From: an uncultured Hyphomicrobiales bacterium
GTDB lineage: Bacteria > Bacteroidota > Ignavibacteria > Kapaibacteriales > UBA2268
Assembly (NCBI GenBank): GCA_964645005.1
Contig: CAZXYS010000014.1
Coordinates: 4,644-68,643, forward strand
Length of the DNA stretch: 64,000 bases
Direction: 5' to 3'
Part shown: piece after piece, positions 19,637 to 29,963 of the stretch
How positions within the stretch are numbered: position 1 is the stretch's first letter
Layout: each line of letters opens with the position of its first letter
Made by a program: the position numbers and the translations under genes
Notes under the pieces: generated by a model
The model's input: only the letters and a program-made list of their open reading frames with translations
Told to the model about the DNA's origin: nothing
Databases searched by the model: none

Positions 19637-19839
19637 AATTACCCTTTTTAATTTTTTATTTTCATAACGAGAATAAACGATAAAAATTATATCCGGCTAA
19701 TATTAATTCTTGGGAATACTAAATTCGTTGAAATTATCTGGCTGCCCGATTGCTAAGGACAAACTAAAAGAATGTATGGGGTAATTCGTTTATGGATTAA
19801 GCTTTTAGTAAAATTAGTAAATTAATAAAAAGGTATATT

Positions 19840-20457
19840 ATGCAGAATCAATTAGTTCCGATTGTTGTTGAACAAACCAGCCGAGGCGAGAGATCTTATG
19901 ATATATATTCTCGCTTATTAAAAGAAAGAATTATATTTTTAGGCATGCCGATCGACGACCATGTCTCTAGTCTTGCAATAGCACAGATGCTATTCTTAGC
20001 AAGCGAAGACCCTGAAAAGGATATTCATCTATATATCAATACACCGGGCGGCAGTGTAAGTGCTGGATTAGCTATATACGACACAATGCAGTTTGTTAAA
20101 CCGGATATAAGCACCATTGCCATTGGGCTGGCAGCTTCTATGGGGCAGCTATTGCTTAGCGCCGGTACAAAAGGGAAGCGTTTTGCACTCCCCAATTCAA
20201 ATATACTTATGCATCAACCTATCGGTGGAACACAGGGACAGGCTACGGATATTGAAATATATACAAAACAAATGTTGAAAACCCGCGAGCGCTTATTCGA
20301 GATAATCGCCAAACATACTGAGAGGGATATAAAGAAGATCAGAAAAGATGCGGACAGAGATAATTATATGAGCGCTGAGGAAGCTCTGGATTACGGAATC
20401 GTCGATAAAATACTTACATATGCACCGGATATGTCCGGCGGGAAAAAAGAAGAATGA
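19840..20457 (+). CDS. clpP: ATP-dependent Clp protease proteolytic subunit
   Basis: [25 protein letters not shown]...[20 protein letters not shown]...MHQP are the canonical ClpP Ser/His motifs. Confidence 0.95.
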   Translation: MQNQLVPIVVEQTSRGERSYDIYSRLLKERIIFLGMPIDDHVSSLAIAQMLFLASEDPEKDIHLYINTPGGSVSAGLAIYDTMQFVKPDISTIAIGLAASMGQLLLSAGTKGKRFALPNSNILMHQPIGGTQGQATDIEIYTKQMLKTRERLFEIIAKHTERDIKKIRKDADRDNYMSAEEALDYGIVDKILTYAPDMSGGKKEE

Positions 20458-20484
20458 TTTTAAAAATAATTAATTAATATAAAT

Positions 20485-21753
20485 ATGTCAAAAGATAGTA
20501 ATCACAAAAATTATCAAATAAGATGTTCTTTTTGTGGGAGGAGTTCTCAAGAGGTGTCCAACCTTATTGAAGGTCCCAACAATGTATACATTTGCGATAT
20601 ATGCGTGAATAATTCTGTGGAGATCATTGAGCAAAATGCAAAAAAATCCCTGACACTTGAAGGTGAATCAAGATTACCCCATCCTTCGGAACTTAATCAG
20701 ATGTTGGATGAATATGTCATAAGTCAGGATTATGCCAAAAGAGTGATATCAGTAGCGGTATATAACCATTACAAAAGGATTGGAAACAGCCGCAATACTG
20801 AGGAATTCCCTGATGTGGAATTGGAGAAGAGCAATATTCTGCTCATGGGACCCACTGGAACCGGAAAGACACTGCTGGCACGGACTTTAGCGAGAATTCT
20901 AAAAGTACCTTTCGCTATAGCAGATGCCACGACTATTACGGAAGCAGGCTATGTCGGTGATGATGTGGAAACTATCCTTGTAAATCTGCTTCAGAATGCC
21001 AATTACAATGTCAAGCTTGCGGAAAGAGGTATAGTCTATATTGATGAACTCGACAAAATTGGCAGGAAAAGCGAATCAACAAGCATAACCAGAGATGTTT
21101 CAGGTGAAGGCGTCCAACAGGCTCTGCTTAAGATCCTCGAAGGAACCAAATGCGGAGTACCTCCCAAAGGCGGACGCAAGCATCCGGAACAACCGCTTAT
21201 CTACATTGACACTTCGAATATATTATTTATCTGCGGCGGAGCATTTGATGGCTTGGAGAAAACTATTGCTCAGCGCCTTAGAACCTCTACCATAGGATTT
21301 ACAGCTAAAACAGAGCATGCTATTGAAGACAATGATGAACTCTTAAAACATGTTGAGCCTGAAGATCTTCTTAAGTTCGGTTTCATTCCGGAACTCGTCG
21401 GTAGACTGCCGGTTCTGGCTCCGCTTGAAGATCTGGACACCGAAGCTATGCTGATAATTCTTCAGGAACCCAAAAATGCCCTTGTTAAGCAGTACAAAAA
21501 ACTTTTCAAGATAGAAGGAGTTGATCTGGAATTTGAAGAGGATGCTCTCAGAGCTATTGTAGAAAAAGCGAAAGCAAGAAAAACTGGTGCTCGGGGCTTA
21601 AGATCCATTCTCGAAGAAGTCATGCTGCCGATAATGTATACTCTGCCTGATATTCCGAATCTTGAGAAGTGTATTGTTCACAAAAAAACTGTTACCGAAA
21701 AGGCAGAACCATACTATGAATTTGCTTCAGGTAAAAAGCAAAGGTATGCTTAG
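20485..21753 (+). CDS. clpX: ATP-dependent Clp protease ATP-binding subunit ClpX
   Basis: An N-terminal C4 zinc finger (CSFCGRS...CDIC), Walker [12 protein letters not shown] and Walker [11 protein letters not shown] are present. It lies immediately downstream of clpP. Confidence 0.95.
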   Translation: MSKDSNHKNYQIRCSFCGRSSQEVSNLIEGPNNVYICDICVNNSVEIIEQNAKKSLTLEGESRLPHPSELNQMLDEYVISQDYAKRVISVAVYNHYKRIGNSRNTEEFPDVELEKSNILLMGPTGTGKTLLARTLARILKVPFAIADATTITEAGYVGDDVETILVNLLQNANYNVKLAERGIVYIDELDKIGRKSESTSITRDVSGEGVQQALLKILEGTKCGVPPKGGRKHPEQPLIYIDTSNILFICGGAFDGLEKTIAQRLRTSTIGFTAKTEHAIEDNDELLKHVEPEDLLKFGFIPELVGRLPVLAPLEDLDTEAMLIILQEPKNALVKQYKKLFKIEGVDLEFEEDALRAIVEKAKARKTGARGLRSILEEVMLPIMYTLPDIPNLEKCIVHKKTVTEKAEPYYEFASGKKQRYA

Positions 21754-21787
21754 TCTTTAATATAGAACATAAGTATATTAACCAATT

Positions 21788-21819
21788 AAAGCCAATCGAT
21801 TGATATCTCGATTGGCTTT
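21788..21819 (+). terminator. intrinsic terminator-like perfect palindrome after clpX
   Basis: aaagccaatcga-ttgatatc-tcgattggcttt is a 12-bp perfect stem, followed by aatatttta. Confidence 0.6.
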
Positions 21820-21992
21820 AATATTTTATAATAAACATAATTATTTAATTGAATTTTTTTGAAACTTTTTATAAAAAATTACGAATATAGTCATTGTGAA
21901 TATGCATAAGGTTTTATCACTGTATTTGGCGGATAACTCCTTAAATAAAAATAATATATTTAGTTACATTAATTTAAAGAAGGGTAGTAATA

Positions 21993-22664
21993 ATGTTAAG
22001 AGTTTTTGTATTTATAAGTACTATAATTTTGTTATCAGTGACGGCATTAGCTCAAAATAACGGAGATGACGAGATTGAAACTTTTTTTGGCGGAAAGGAT
22101 TTCAAAAGCTCTGGTTACGGAGGACCTCATATTAAATTCACACAATTCAATGATGATTTCTCTATAATGGTTGGCGGCAGAGGCGGTTGGACAATTAACA
22201 AAATTTTTACAATTGGGCTTTCCGGTTCAGGCCTTGTAACATTGCCGCAGATTGATTACTATGATGAGGTTGAAAGAGAAAATATCAACGCAGACCTGGT
22301 TTTTGGATACGGCGGTTTATATCTCGAGTATATTAATAAACCCCAAAGTATGGTACACTTCTCGGGCAACTGTCTTTTTGGTTTTGGTGGTTCAGCGCTA
22401 GCAGATAGAAGAGACTACCTGCATAACGGACACGATTACGACTATGATGGAAATCATGAACCGTGGGCTGCTTATTTCGTACTGGAACCGGCACTGGCAG
22501 TAGAATTTAACGTAACAAGTTTTTTCAGGATCGGTGTTGAGGCGAGCTATAGGATTGTCGAAGAAATCAGAAGCAGCGATTCATTTAAAAATGTGGATGA
22601 ATTGAAAGATTTCCAGCCCAGTGGATTTAGCGGCGGGCTGGTATTCCAGTTTGGCTCTTTTTGA
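21993..22664 (+). CDS. hypothetical secreted / outer-membrane β-barrel-like protein
   Basis: Signal peptide (MLRVFVFISTIILLSVTALAQ). It is Gly/aromatic-rich with alternating patterns and ends in a C-terminal Phe (...GGLVFQFGSF), as in small OMPs. Confidence 0.5.
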   Translation: MLRVFVFISTIILLSVTALAQNNGDDEIETFFGGKDFKSSGYGGPHIKFTQFNDDFSIMVGGRGGWTINKIFTIGLSGSGLVTLPQIDYYDEVERENINADLVFGYGGLYLEYINKPQSMVHFSGNCLFGFGGSALADRRDYLHNGHDYDYDGNHEPWAAYFVLEPALAVEFNVTSFFRIGVEASYRIVEEIRSSDSFKNVDELKDFQPSGFSGGLVFQFGSF

Positions 22665-22714
22665 TTGATTTAATCCTATTATCAAATCAATTAATTTTGA
22701 TTTAAATATCTAAT

Positions 22715-22759
22715 GCTCCCTCAAACTCTTTGCAATAGGGTGGAGGGAGCATTTTTTTT
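22715..22759 (+). terminator. rho-independent terminator
   Basis: gctccctc-N19-gagggagc is followed by a T8 run. Confidence 0.7.
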
Positions 22760-22768
22760 CCGTACAGA

Positions 22769-23314
22769 TCATTTGACCAGCTTGGAAATAGCCTTGAATT
22801 CATCTGTACCCGAATAGACAAGCAGTTCAAACAAAATTGATTCATAAGTCGAAATTCTCGCACCTTCTTGTCTCATTCTTTCGATAGCCACAGCTTTATC
22901 ATTTGGATTCCTGGACGATACACAATCCTCGATTACAACAGGCAGGTAATTCTTTTCTATGAGGTCTATCACTGTCTGCAGAACACAAACATGAGCTTCA
23001 ATTCCAGCCACTATTACAAATTCCTTGTTTTGTTTTTCAAATTCGTTCATAAAATTAATATCATCACAGCAACTGAAAGCCATTTTTTCCAGTGGTTTAT
23101 AATCTCTCGCAAGGGCTTTTTGCACATGGGGTATAGTTTGTCCCAGACCTTTAGTATATTGTTCTGTCACTGTTATAGGTAATTCGAGGATCTTCAATCC
23201 TTCTATCAATTTTGAAATTTTTTGTTCCAGTTCAATATTTTCATAAATATGAGGGAAAAGCTTGCTTTGAATATCAATCATCAAAGATGTTGTATTTTCT
23301 CTGTTGATTCTCAT
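22769..23314 (-). CDS. isochorismatase-family cysteine hydrolase
   Basis: A conserved Asp lies in LMIDIQ, and the catalytic Cys is in VIVAGIEAHVCVLQTVIDL. Confidence 0.8.
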   Translation of the reverse strand: MRINRENTTSLMIDIQSKLFPHIYENIELEQKISKLIEGLKILELPITVTEQYTKGLGQTIPHVQKALARDYKPLEKMAFSCCDDINFMNEFEKQNKEFVIVAGIEAHVCVLQTVIDLIEKNYLPVVIEDCVSSRNPNDKAVAIERMRQEGARISTYESILFELLVYSGTDEFKAISKLVK

Positions 23315-23370
23315 GATTTTCCTTTCAAAAAACTAAAATTAATGATATCAATTTTTCAAATTATAAATTT

Positions 23371-24099
23371 TTACGCTCTTGCCAAAGTGGCTCCGTCCAC
23401 TCTGCGAGCGCCCATTTCAAGAAGAGCTTCTGCACAGGCATTAATTGTTGATCCAGTTGTTAACACGTCATCTATGAGTAAGAAGGCTCTGCCAGCAACG
23501 TCCACTTTTTTGGAAGCTTTTCGAAAAGCGCCTGTGACATTCTTTTTTCTTTGTGATGCATCAAGAGCTGTTTGAGTCTGAGTGTAGCGTACTCTTTTTA
23601 AGATTTGTTTGTCAAATGGTATATTCAGGGCTTTGCTGACACCTTCCGCTATGAAATCGGATTGATTGAATCCCCGCTCTCTTTGCTTTACTTTATGGAT
23701 AGGAACGGGAATGATAGCACTATAATCAGTGCTTTCCACAGTAGATATTAATTTGCCGAGCAATTTTCCCAATTCTTTTCCAATGTCATGTAATTTGCGG
23801 TATTTCATTGTGTGGATGATCTGCATGTAGTCAAAATCCTCCTTCAGGTACATCAAAGAAAATATCTTTGTAAGGGCAATTTCATCAGCGGGAAAATTTA
23901 GAAGAAGTTCCGCGTGAAGCTCGTCCGGTTGAGGTGCCAGGGGCATCGAATCTATGCACTTAGTGCAGATGTAGGAAAAATCTGCTCCCTGAGCAATCCT
24001 GTCCCGGCATATCTCGCAGTGTTTGGGCGCTATGGTGTCAAATATGGAATTATAGATGGATTTGGTAAATCCTGATAAAATATTTTGCTGCAATGGCAT
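23371..24099 (-). CDS. comF: ComF-family protein (zinc-ribbon + phosphoribosyltransferase domain)
   Basis: An N-terminal double Cys pair (CEICRDRI...CTKC) is followed by the C-terminal PRTase motif FLLIDDVLTTGSTI. Confidence 0.8.
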   Translation of the reverse strand: MPLQQNILSGFTKSIYNSIFDTIAPKHCEICRDRIAQGADFSYICTKCIDSMPLAPQPDELHAELLLNFPADEIALTKIFSLMYLKEDFDYMQIIHTMKYRKLHDIGKELGKLLGKLISTVESTDYSAIIPVPIHKVKQRERGFNQSDFIAEGVSKALNIPFDKQILKRVRYTQTQTALDASQRKKNVTGAFRKASKKVDVAGRAFLLIDDVLTTGSTINACAEALLEMGARRVDGATLARA

Positions 24100-24111
24100 T
24101 TGAATTTGTCT

Positions 24112-24561
24112 TTATATTTCTCTTTTAATCAGATTTTCCAATGTAAGTTTTTTTACCGGAAAATAAAAGATATAAATTGAACAAATCAGCAAAGCTATGT
24201 CTTCAATGATCTTTTCCCAGCCTATCTTGCCGCCTGTACCACAACCACAATCTGCGTTTATACCCTTCAAAGTTGCTATTAATAAAGCTGCGATGAATAT
24301 TATAAGTAAAATACCCGAAAGAACGGCGCTGGTTTTTAATCTTATACCCAAAACAAGGAAGACACCGATCACCAGTTCCAACCAGGGGAGAACCAATGCC
24401 ATCAGATTTATGGAACTGTCAAACAGTATTCCGTAATTCTCTATCTGGTTTGCAAATTCCAGTGGATTAAGAATTTTATCTACCGATGCAATCAGAAAAA
24501 CAACACCTAAAATCAGCCGGGCTAAAAGGCTCAAAAACGGGTTCTCCAGTATCTTTTTCAT
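24112..24561 (-). CDS. DoxX/MauE-family small membrane protein
   Basis: It has four TM helices and a C-terminal CGCG motif (GINADCGCGTGG), typical of the MauE/DoxX-like family. Confidence 0.55.
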   Translation of the reverse strand: MKKILENPFLSLLARLILGVVFLIASVDKILNPLEFANQIENYGILFDSSINLMALVLPWLELVIGVFLVLGIRLKTSAVLSGILLIIFIAALLIATLKGINADCGCGTGGKIGWEKIIEDIALLICSIYIFYFPVKKLTLENLIKREI

Positions 24562-24796
24562 AATCTCTATGTTAAAAATTTATCAGTCACTTTAAAATAA
24601 TTTATAAAGACTATTGAGACCTTTTTATATTTGATTATTTACAAACAGACGGACTCTCTATATATGATAAAGCACTTAGTCATAATGAAGTAAAATCACT
24701 TTACGAAAAGTAATATCATGTATTATCTGTAAATGACTTTGTAACTTCTATAAAAAATTATAATTTGCAAAGTTATTAATTTACAATTAACAAAAT

Positions 24797-26155
24797 TTGG
24801 CGGATTATAAAATGTCATTTATAAGATCAATATCGGGTATCAGAGCAACTCTTGGGGATGGGCTGATACCCGATTTAATTGCTAAATATGCTGCGGGCTT
24901 TGCTAATTATCTTCCTGAAGGTCAAATCATTATTGGCAGAGACGGCAGACCGTCAGGTATCTGGATGGAACATTTGGTTGCCGGTACTCTTGCAGCTTGC
25001 GGAAGAGAAGTCACCATTATTGGTGCAGTTCCCACACCAACCGTACAATTAACTGTCGAAAAAAGTGACGCAGCGGGAGGTATATCAATTACTGCATCTC
25101 ATAATCCGCAGGAATGGAACGGACTTAAATTTCTCAATGGGAATGGTGTTTTTCTTAACAAAGAGGAAAATCTTGAATTCTGGAATCATATTGATAAGAA
25201 TAAACTGCTCTATTCCCTAAATCCATCGGAAACAAAAATTACGTATGACCTTAAAGCCGTTGATAGACATATTATCTCAGTGATAAATATCCTGGAAGAT
25301 ATTAAAATTATCCGTAAGAAAAACTATTTTGCAGTCGTCGATGCTGTCAATGCTTCAGGTTCGATAGCTGTGCCGGAGCTGCTTAATGCACTTGGCTGTA
25401 GAATCAACTGCCTTCACTGCGATGCTTCGGGAATTTTCCCGCATACACCTGAGCCGGTTCCCGATAATTTGACCGAGCTGGCTAAAACAGTTAAATCCGT
25501 CTCTGCTCATATCGGGATAGCTGTTGATCCCGATGCCGATCGACTTGTGCTGATTGATGAAAAAGGGAATTCAATTGGAGAGGAGAAGACTATTGCCCTG
25601 GCTGTTAAATCAGTTTTAAGTTCGGAAGAAGTTGGTGATGAACCGAATGTGGTTGTGAATTACTCTACCAGCAGAATGGTTGACGATGTATGTGAAGAAT
25701 TTGGTGCCAAGCTATATCGCTCGCCGGTAGGAGAAATAAACGTAGTGGAAAAAATGAAGCAAACTGAAGCTGTCATCGGTGGCGAAGGCAGCGGGGGAGT
25801 GATATATCCCGAATGTCATTACGGACGGGATTCTCTTGTAGGGATAGCGCTTATCATGAAACTAATGGCTGAGTCAGATAAAACGCTCACTCAATTATCC
25901 GCAGAATTTACGGATTACAAGATGATAAAGCTTAAAAGAGAATTCCACGGCGATATAAGGGAGACTTCGGACAAAATTGAGAACGAATTTCCAAGAGACA
26001 GCATAACACGTGATGACGGCATAAAAATAGATCTTGAAGAAGGCTGGGTTCAACTGCGCACCTCAAATACAGAACCTATTGTCAGAATAATCGCCGAAGC
26101 CCGAACACAGGAAGAAGCTCGGCAATTAACTGACAAGATTATAGCTTTATTGTAA
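24797..26155 (+). CDS. phosphohexomutase (phosphoglucosamine / phosphomannomutase family)
   Basis: The active-site Ser loop is TASHNP (SITASHNPQEWNGLKF), and the Mg-binding DPDADR (GIAVDPDADR) is present. Confidence 0.85.
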   Translation: MADYKMSFIRSISGIRATLGDGLIPDLIAKYAAGFANYLPEGQIIIGRDGRPSGIWMEHLVAGTLAACGREVTIIGAVPTPTVQLTVEKSDAAGGISITASHNPQEWNGLKFLNGNGVFLNKEENLEFWNHIDKNKLLYSLNPSETKITYDLKAVDRHIISVINILEDIKIIRKKNYFAVVDAVNASGSIAVPELLNALGCRINCLHCDASGIFPHTPEPVPDNLTELAKTVKSVSAHIGIAVDPDADRLVLIDEKGNSIGEEKTIALAVKSVLSSEEVGDEPNVVVNYSTSRMVDDVCEEFGAKLYRSPVGEINVVEKMKQTEAVIGGEGSGGVIYPECHYGRDSLVGIALIMKLMAESDKTLTQLSAEFTDYKMIKLKREFHGDIRETSDKIENEFPRDSITRDDGIKIDLEEGWVQLRTSNTEPIVRIIAEARTQEEARQLTDKIIALL

Positions 26156-26249
26156 TGTCCTCTTAGTCAGCGTAAAAGTATTAAACCCAATTTTTGCATT
26201 AGAAAAACATCTATCAGAATAAATAGCTTAACTTTAAGAACTTAACCAC

Positions 26250-26375
26250 CCCTTCTTTTCCCCTCCTTAGTAAGGAGGGGAGTGAAGCCGGAGGCTTTAC
26301 CGGGTGGTTCTTATAATTTACCAAATTGTAATATTTTAGTAGGATTGATGATTTCTAATGAAATATCCGGGTTAA
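26250..26375. repeat. intergenic REP-like repeat (hairpin cccctcctta-gtaaggagggg plus gggtggtt module)
   Basis: aaccaccccttcttttcccctccttagtaaggaggggagtgaagccggaggctttaccgggtggtt contains nested palindromes. gtgaagccggaggctttac is the inverted match of 9446-9465, and 26298-26375 matches 9618-9692. Confidence 0.65.
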
Positions 26376-26502
26376 AGCAAGGTATCATTGCGAGGAGCAT
26401 AGCGACGAAGCAATCTCAAGCTAATGTGACTGCATCGCATTAAACGATACCTGGCTAATTTTTATCTTCAATACAAAATCAGATATTGATGATATCAATA
26501 AG

Positions 26503-27228
26503 TTAAATTTCAATTTTTTCATTAACATCTAACTCATAAGGCTCTTTATTTTTTTGAAATATTCGTGCCCCATTTATTCCGACCAATTTTATAGTTTCAC
26601 CCTCTGTCCGGATCGAGCAACCTTCCCGCAATCCAATAACTACAGTATCGTTGTATGCGTGAAATTCATTTATCCTTGTTTCGCGTGTCTCTCCTTTATG
26701 TGTTGAACCGTGTTCCGGATCAAGATAATGAGGATTTATCTGATATGGGAAAACATCTATGGCTTTGAAACTGCTGATCTCCATTATGGGCATATCGTTT
26801 GTAGTCATTATTGAAGGACAGGCAGCATTTGAACCAGCGCTGGTTCCTATATATGGCATACCTTTATTTACTTTATCCCTGATGGCATCAAGCAAATTGT
26901 ATTTCTGCAATTGACCGAGTAGTACAAAGGAATTGCCGCCCCCGATGAAAACAGCTTCCGCATTCTCTCCAGCCTGTTTGGGATCGTCGTATTCATGAAC
27001 AGAGTCAAGCTGATAGCCCATTTTTTCAAATCGTTCCCTTGCCTTTGACGTATATTCATCATGGCTTATTCCGCTGGGTCTGGCAAATGGTACGAAAGTT
27101 ACCTTTTTTACATCTTTGCCGAGGAAATCCGTTATTTCATCTGCACAATGATCCAAATAACCGCTGCCGTGAAGCGTGGAATTGCTAATCAATAGTAATC
27201 GTTTCATATCTTCTTCCGTTTTTTTCAA
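26503..27228 (-). CDS. pepE: dipeptidase E (S51 family, α-aspartyl dipeptidase)
   Basis: MKRLLLISNSTLHGSGYLDHC at the N-terminus and IGTSAGSN (nucleophile Ser) are typical of PepE. The true start is probably the internal Met at 27204. Confidence 0.8.
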   Translation of the reverse strand: MKKTEEDMKRLLLISNSTLHGSGYLDHCADEITDFLGKDVKKVTFVPFARPSGISHDEYTSKARERFEKMGYQLDSVHEYDDPKQAGENAEAVFIGGGNSFVLLGQLQKYNLLDAIRDKVNKGMPYIGTSAGSNAACPSIMTTNDMPIMEISSFKAIDVFPYQINPHYLDPEHGSTHKGETRETRINEFHAYNDTVVIGLREGCSIRTEGETIKLVGINGARIFQKNKEPYELDVNEKIEI

Positions 27229-27375
27229 AATTTTCTTTACAAATTTCTAAAAATTTACTTACAATTTTAAAAGCGTTTCAGAGATTTTGCTAAATTGGTT
27301 ATTTTGTAATTTACAAAAAAATGAAAATGTTACTTTTTATCATTTTTTCAGTCATTTTATTAACTGGAGCAAGCT

Positions 27376-27804
27376 TTGATCGATCTTAATAATTTAGAGT
27401 CTTTAATAGCATTATTCTGGTTCATCATCATATTGACGATGTATAATTCATGGCGGCTGGCTGTGTTAATTTACAGATTGAAATTTAATTTTTGGAAAAA
27501 GTTAAAATATAAGATGAAACGAAAAAATCTGGTTATATTTATTATAGGTCTGATCTTATTTTTCTTAGGCTGGTATTTCCTGACTACTCGAGAATATATG
27601 CCAACGTATTCATATCTTACAATTGGCTTAAGCATTATCCTTTCGGGTTATCATGTATATCAGCAGCTGCTTCGTTTTAAATGGGCGCCTTGGCGGGTTC
27701 TTTTAACCAGGATAGGTATATTGAAGCACGTTATAGCTGCTTTTGCGGCTGTTTTTTTTACGGGAGTACCGATCTTAATTATATTTTATGGCATAATTTC
27801 ATGA
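27376..27804 (+). CDS. hypothetical membrane protein
   Basis: 142 aa with 4 hydrophobic helices and no motif. Confidence 0.4.
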   Translation: MIDLNNLESLIALFWFIIILTMYNSWRLAVLIYRLKFNFWKKLKYKMKRKNLVIFIIGLILFFLGWYFLTTREYMPTYSYLTIGLSIILSGYHVYQQLLRFKWAPWRVLLTRIGILKHVIAAFAAVFFTGVPILIIFYGIIS

Positions 27805-27820
27805 GCAATACGGACTGATT

Positions 27821-29962
27821 TTGAAGAATGAAAGAATAAACGGAAAAAACGCTATGACTAATGCTGAATACTCAGCTAAATATATACATATCATTTTCTT
27901 AGCTCTTTTGCTAATAATTTTTTTAAAAAATGATCTTCATTCACAGACAAAAAAAAAGCATCGGCTTCCCGGAACCACTGAGAAAAGCGATTCCCTGATT
28001 ATTGCTCCAAAGGACAGTCTGATGACGGCGGATTCATTGAATCAAATCTCCGATACAACCGCTGCTGCTGACACAACCATAAAGAAAGACACTATCCCTT
28101 TATATACTCCGCTTTACACACATGGAAGCATTTCTCTTACGCCTATGACCAAGTTTAGGAATATAAGAAAAGAAGATCTGCTCAAAGTGAATTATGTTTC
28201 TATATCTGAAATATTAAATAAAAAGCTTCCGATATATCCACTTTCGCTTGATGGTCATATACTTTACAATCATTTTTCTATCATGGGCGCGGCGCCAACA
28301 AATACGGCATTTACTTTCAATGGAAGAACATTGAACGATCCGGAGTTCGGCACGCTCAATCCCGAACAAATACCCCCTGAATTTCTGGAAAGTGCTGAAA
28401 TTCTTGTTGGCAGTGATGCTGTTATTTTTGGAGATAATTCATCAGGAGCCCTTATTAACATCCAGGAGATAAGATACAACACAGGGCAGCCGTATACACG
28501 GATGTGGTTAGGGGAAGCCGGTTATAAATTCTTAGGTGTTGATGGAATTTACAGTCAGAATTTCAAGAAGAACTGGAATTTTAATTTTGGCTTCAGGAGA
28601 TTAGCCGGCGATAATAGATTTGAAAATTCAGCCGCGGACAATTGGAATGTAAGGGGAATTTTAAGATGGAATCCATCCAACAGAACAAGTATATCCTTTG
28701 TCGAAAATTTTACAAATTTCGGAATGGGATTAAATGGCGGTGTTGATGAAACGGCAACGCCGAGCGAATTCTACTGCGATGAGATCCGCGCTCAAACACT
28801 ATATACAACGATGGCTGAAAGAATTTTCCGCCATGATATGACGATGACCTTCAGTCATTATCTCGCCGAGGATTCAATATCAGCGGTTTCAGGGACGCTT
28901 TATCTGACAAGAACGTACTGGGACAGAGACCGTTCTGAAGGCATTCTCTTTGCCGAACCAAAAGCTGAGACAAATTACAGCTACATTAATTTCTTCACTG
29001 GAGCCACAGGTAAGTACGAGCAGAATATAACAAAATATTTCAACTTAAATGCAGGTGGAGAGATAAATTATAATGAAATCCCATCCTCTCCATATACAGA
29101 TGAATGGTTCGGAATTAATATGACTGGCTTCGGCAGGCTTGAAATAGACAATCTCCTGCCCCATACGAAGCTTAGTGGTGGTATCAGATTAGGAGCGTTG
29201 TATGGGCAAATAAAAAATTCCTTTGGTGCCAAAGCGATTTTCAATATCACTGACAGCTTTTTAATTACCGCAGATGTATCCCGCTCTGAGAGAATTCCGT
29301 CTTTATCGGAAATAAAAACTGCCAACAAGGAGAATAACACTTTGTTTTATCTTGATGCCAAACTTAATAAGAAGTATTTTAGTATTAATGGTGGTATATT
29401 CACAAGGTTAGTTGGTTCGCCAATATTACATGATACACTCCAAAATGATCGTGGTACGGTTATCGGCACCAGAGCATACAATGGAGATTCAAGAAAGGCT
29501 CTGGGAGCTTATTTCGGTTTGAGTTGGAAAATTCTCAAACATTTCAAAATTCTACCGGTTTATGATGACGGAAATTTGAATATAGCATTCAAAGGTCAAA
29601 CGAATCTAACATTTACAGATGAAGAAAGAGATTATCGTCTTCCATTGTTATTTGGTAATCTGGAAATTTTCTATCAGGGGCTTGCCGGGCACAGCTTAAT
29701 GAATATTGGGATTAGCACATCTGTTACTACTATTTTTGAAGGTGAACGATATATCCCCTCTAGCAGAGCTTATGTCCCGTATTATATCAGGGACAACTTT
29801 TCGTTTAACGGGATCGATATATTTGCCGAATTGAAACTCGGAAATGCTTATCTCCGGTTAATGCTTGAAAATGCACTATCCCAGTGCTATTACTATGTCC
29901 CTATCTATCCTCAATTCGACAGAAACATAAGATTGATGGTCTCGTGGTCATTTTTCGAATAA
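27821..29962 (+). CDS. TonB-dependent receptor-like outer-membrane protein
   Basis: A plug-like region (ILVGSDAVIFGDNSSGALINIQ) is followed by a ~550-aa β-rich region. A signal-peptide-like segment follows the Met at 27854, which is the likely true start. Confidence 0.6.
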   Translation: MKNERINGKNAMTNAEYSAKYIHIIFLALLLIIFLKNDLHSQTKKKHRLPGTTEKSDSLIIAPKDSLMTADSLNQISDTTAAADTTIKKDTIPLYTPLYTHGSISLTPMTKFRNIRKEDLLKVNYVSISEILNKKLPIYPLSLDGHILYNHFSIMGAAPTNTAFTFNGRTLNDPEFGTLNPEQIPPEFLESAEILVGSDAVIFGDNSSGALINIQEIRYNTGQPYTRMWLGEAGYKFLGVDGIYSQNFKKNWNFNFGFRRLAGDNRFENSAADNWNVRGILRWNPSNRTSISFVENFTNFGMGLNGGVDETATPSEFYCDEIRAQTLYTTMAERIFRHDMTMTFSHYLAEDSISAVSGTLYLTRTYWDRDRSEGILFAEPKAETNYSYINFFTGATGKYEQNITKYFNLNAGGEINYNEIPSSPYTDEWFGINMTGFGRLEIDNLLPHTKLSGGIRLGALYGQIKNSFGAKAIFNITDSFLITADVSRSERIPSLSEIKTANKENNTLFYLDAKLNKKYFSINGGIFTRLVGSPILHDTLQNDRGTVIGTRAYNGDSRKALGAYFGLSWKILKHFKILPVYDDGNLNIAFKGQTNLTFTDEERDYRLPLLFGNLEIFYQGLAGHSLMNIGISTSVTTIFEGERYIPSSRAYVPYYIRDNFSFNGIDIFAELKLGNAYLRLMLENALSQCYYYVPIYPQFDRNIRLMVSWSFFE

Positions 29963-29963
29963 T

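Noticed and set aside
19640-19839. Looked for a CIRCE (TTAGCACTC-N9-GAGTGCTAA) heat-shock operator upstream of clpP
   Set aside because: Only a partial half-site (gattgctaa) is present without the matching inverted half. It is not convincing.
26161-26500. Considered tmRNA, SRP RNA or RNase P RNA in the long convergent intergenic regions (9.3-9.7 kb, 26.2-26.5 kb)
   Set aside because: No tag-peptide reading frame ending in a conserved ANDENYALAA-like tag, no GGAAAGUCCGG / AGGGUGAAA RNase P signatures, and no SRP domain IV motif. The structured sequence is better explained by the dispersed REP-like repeats.
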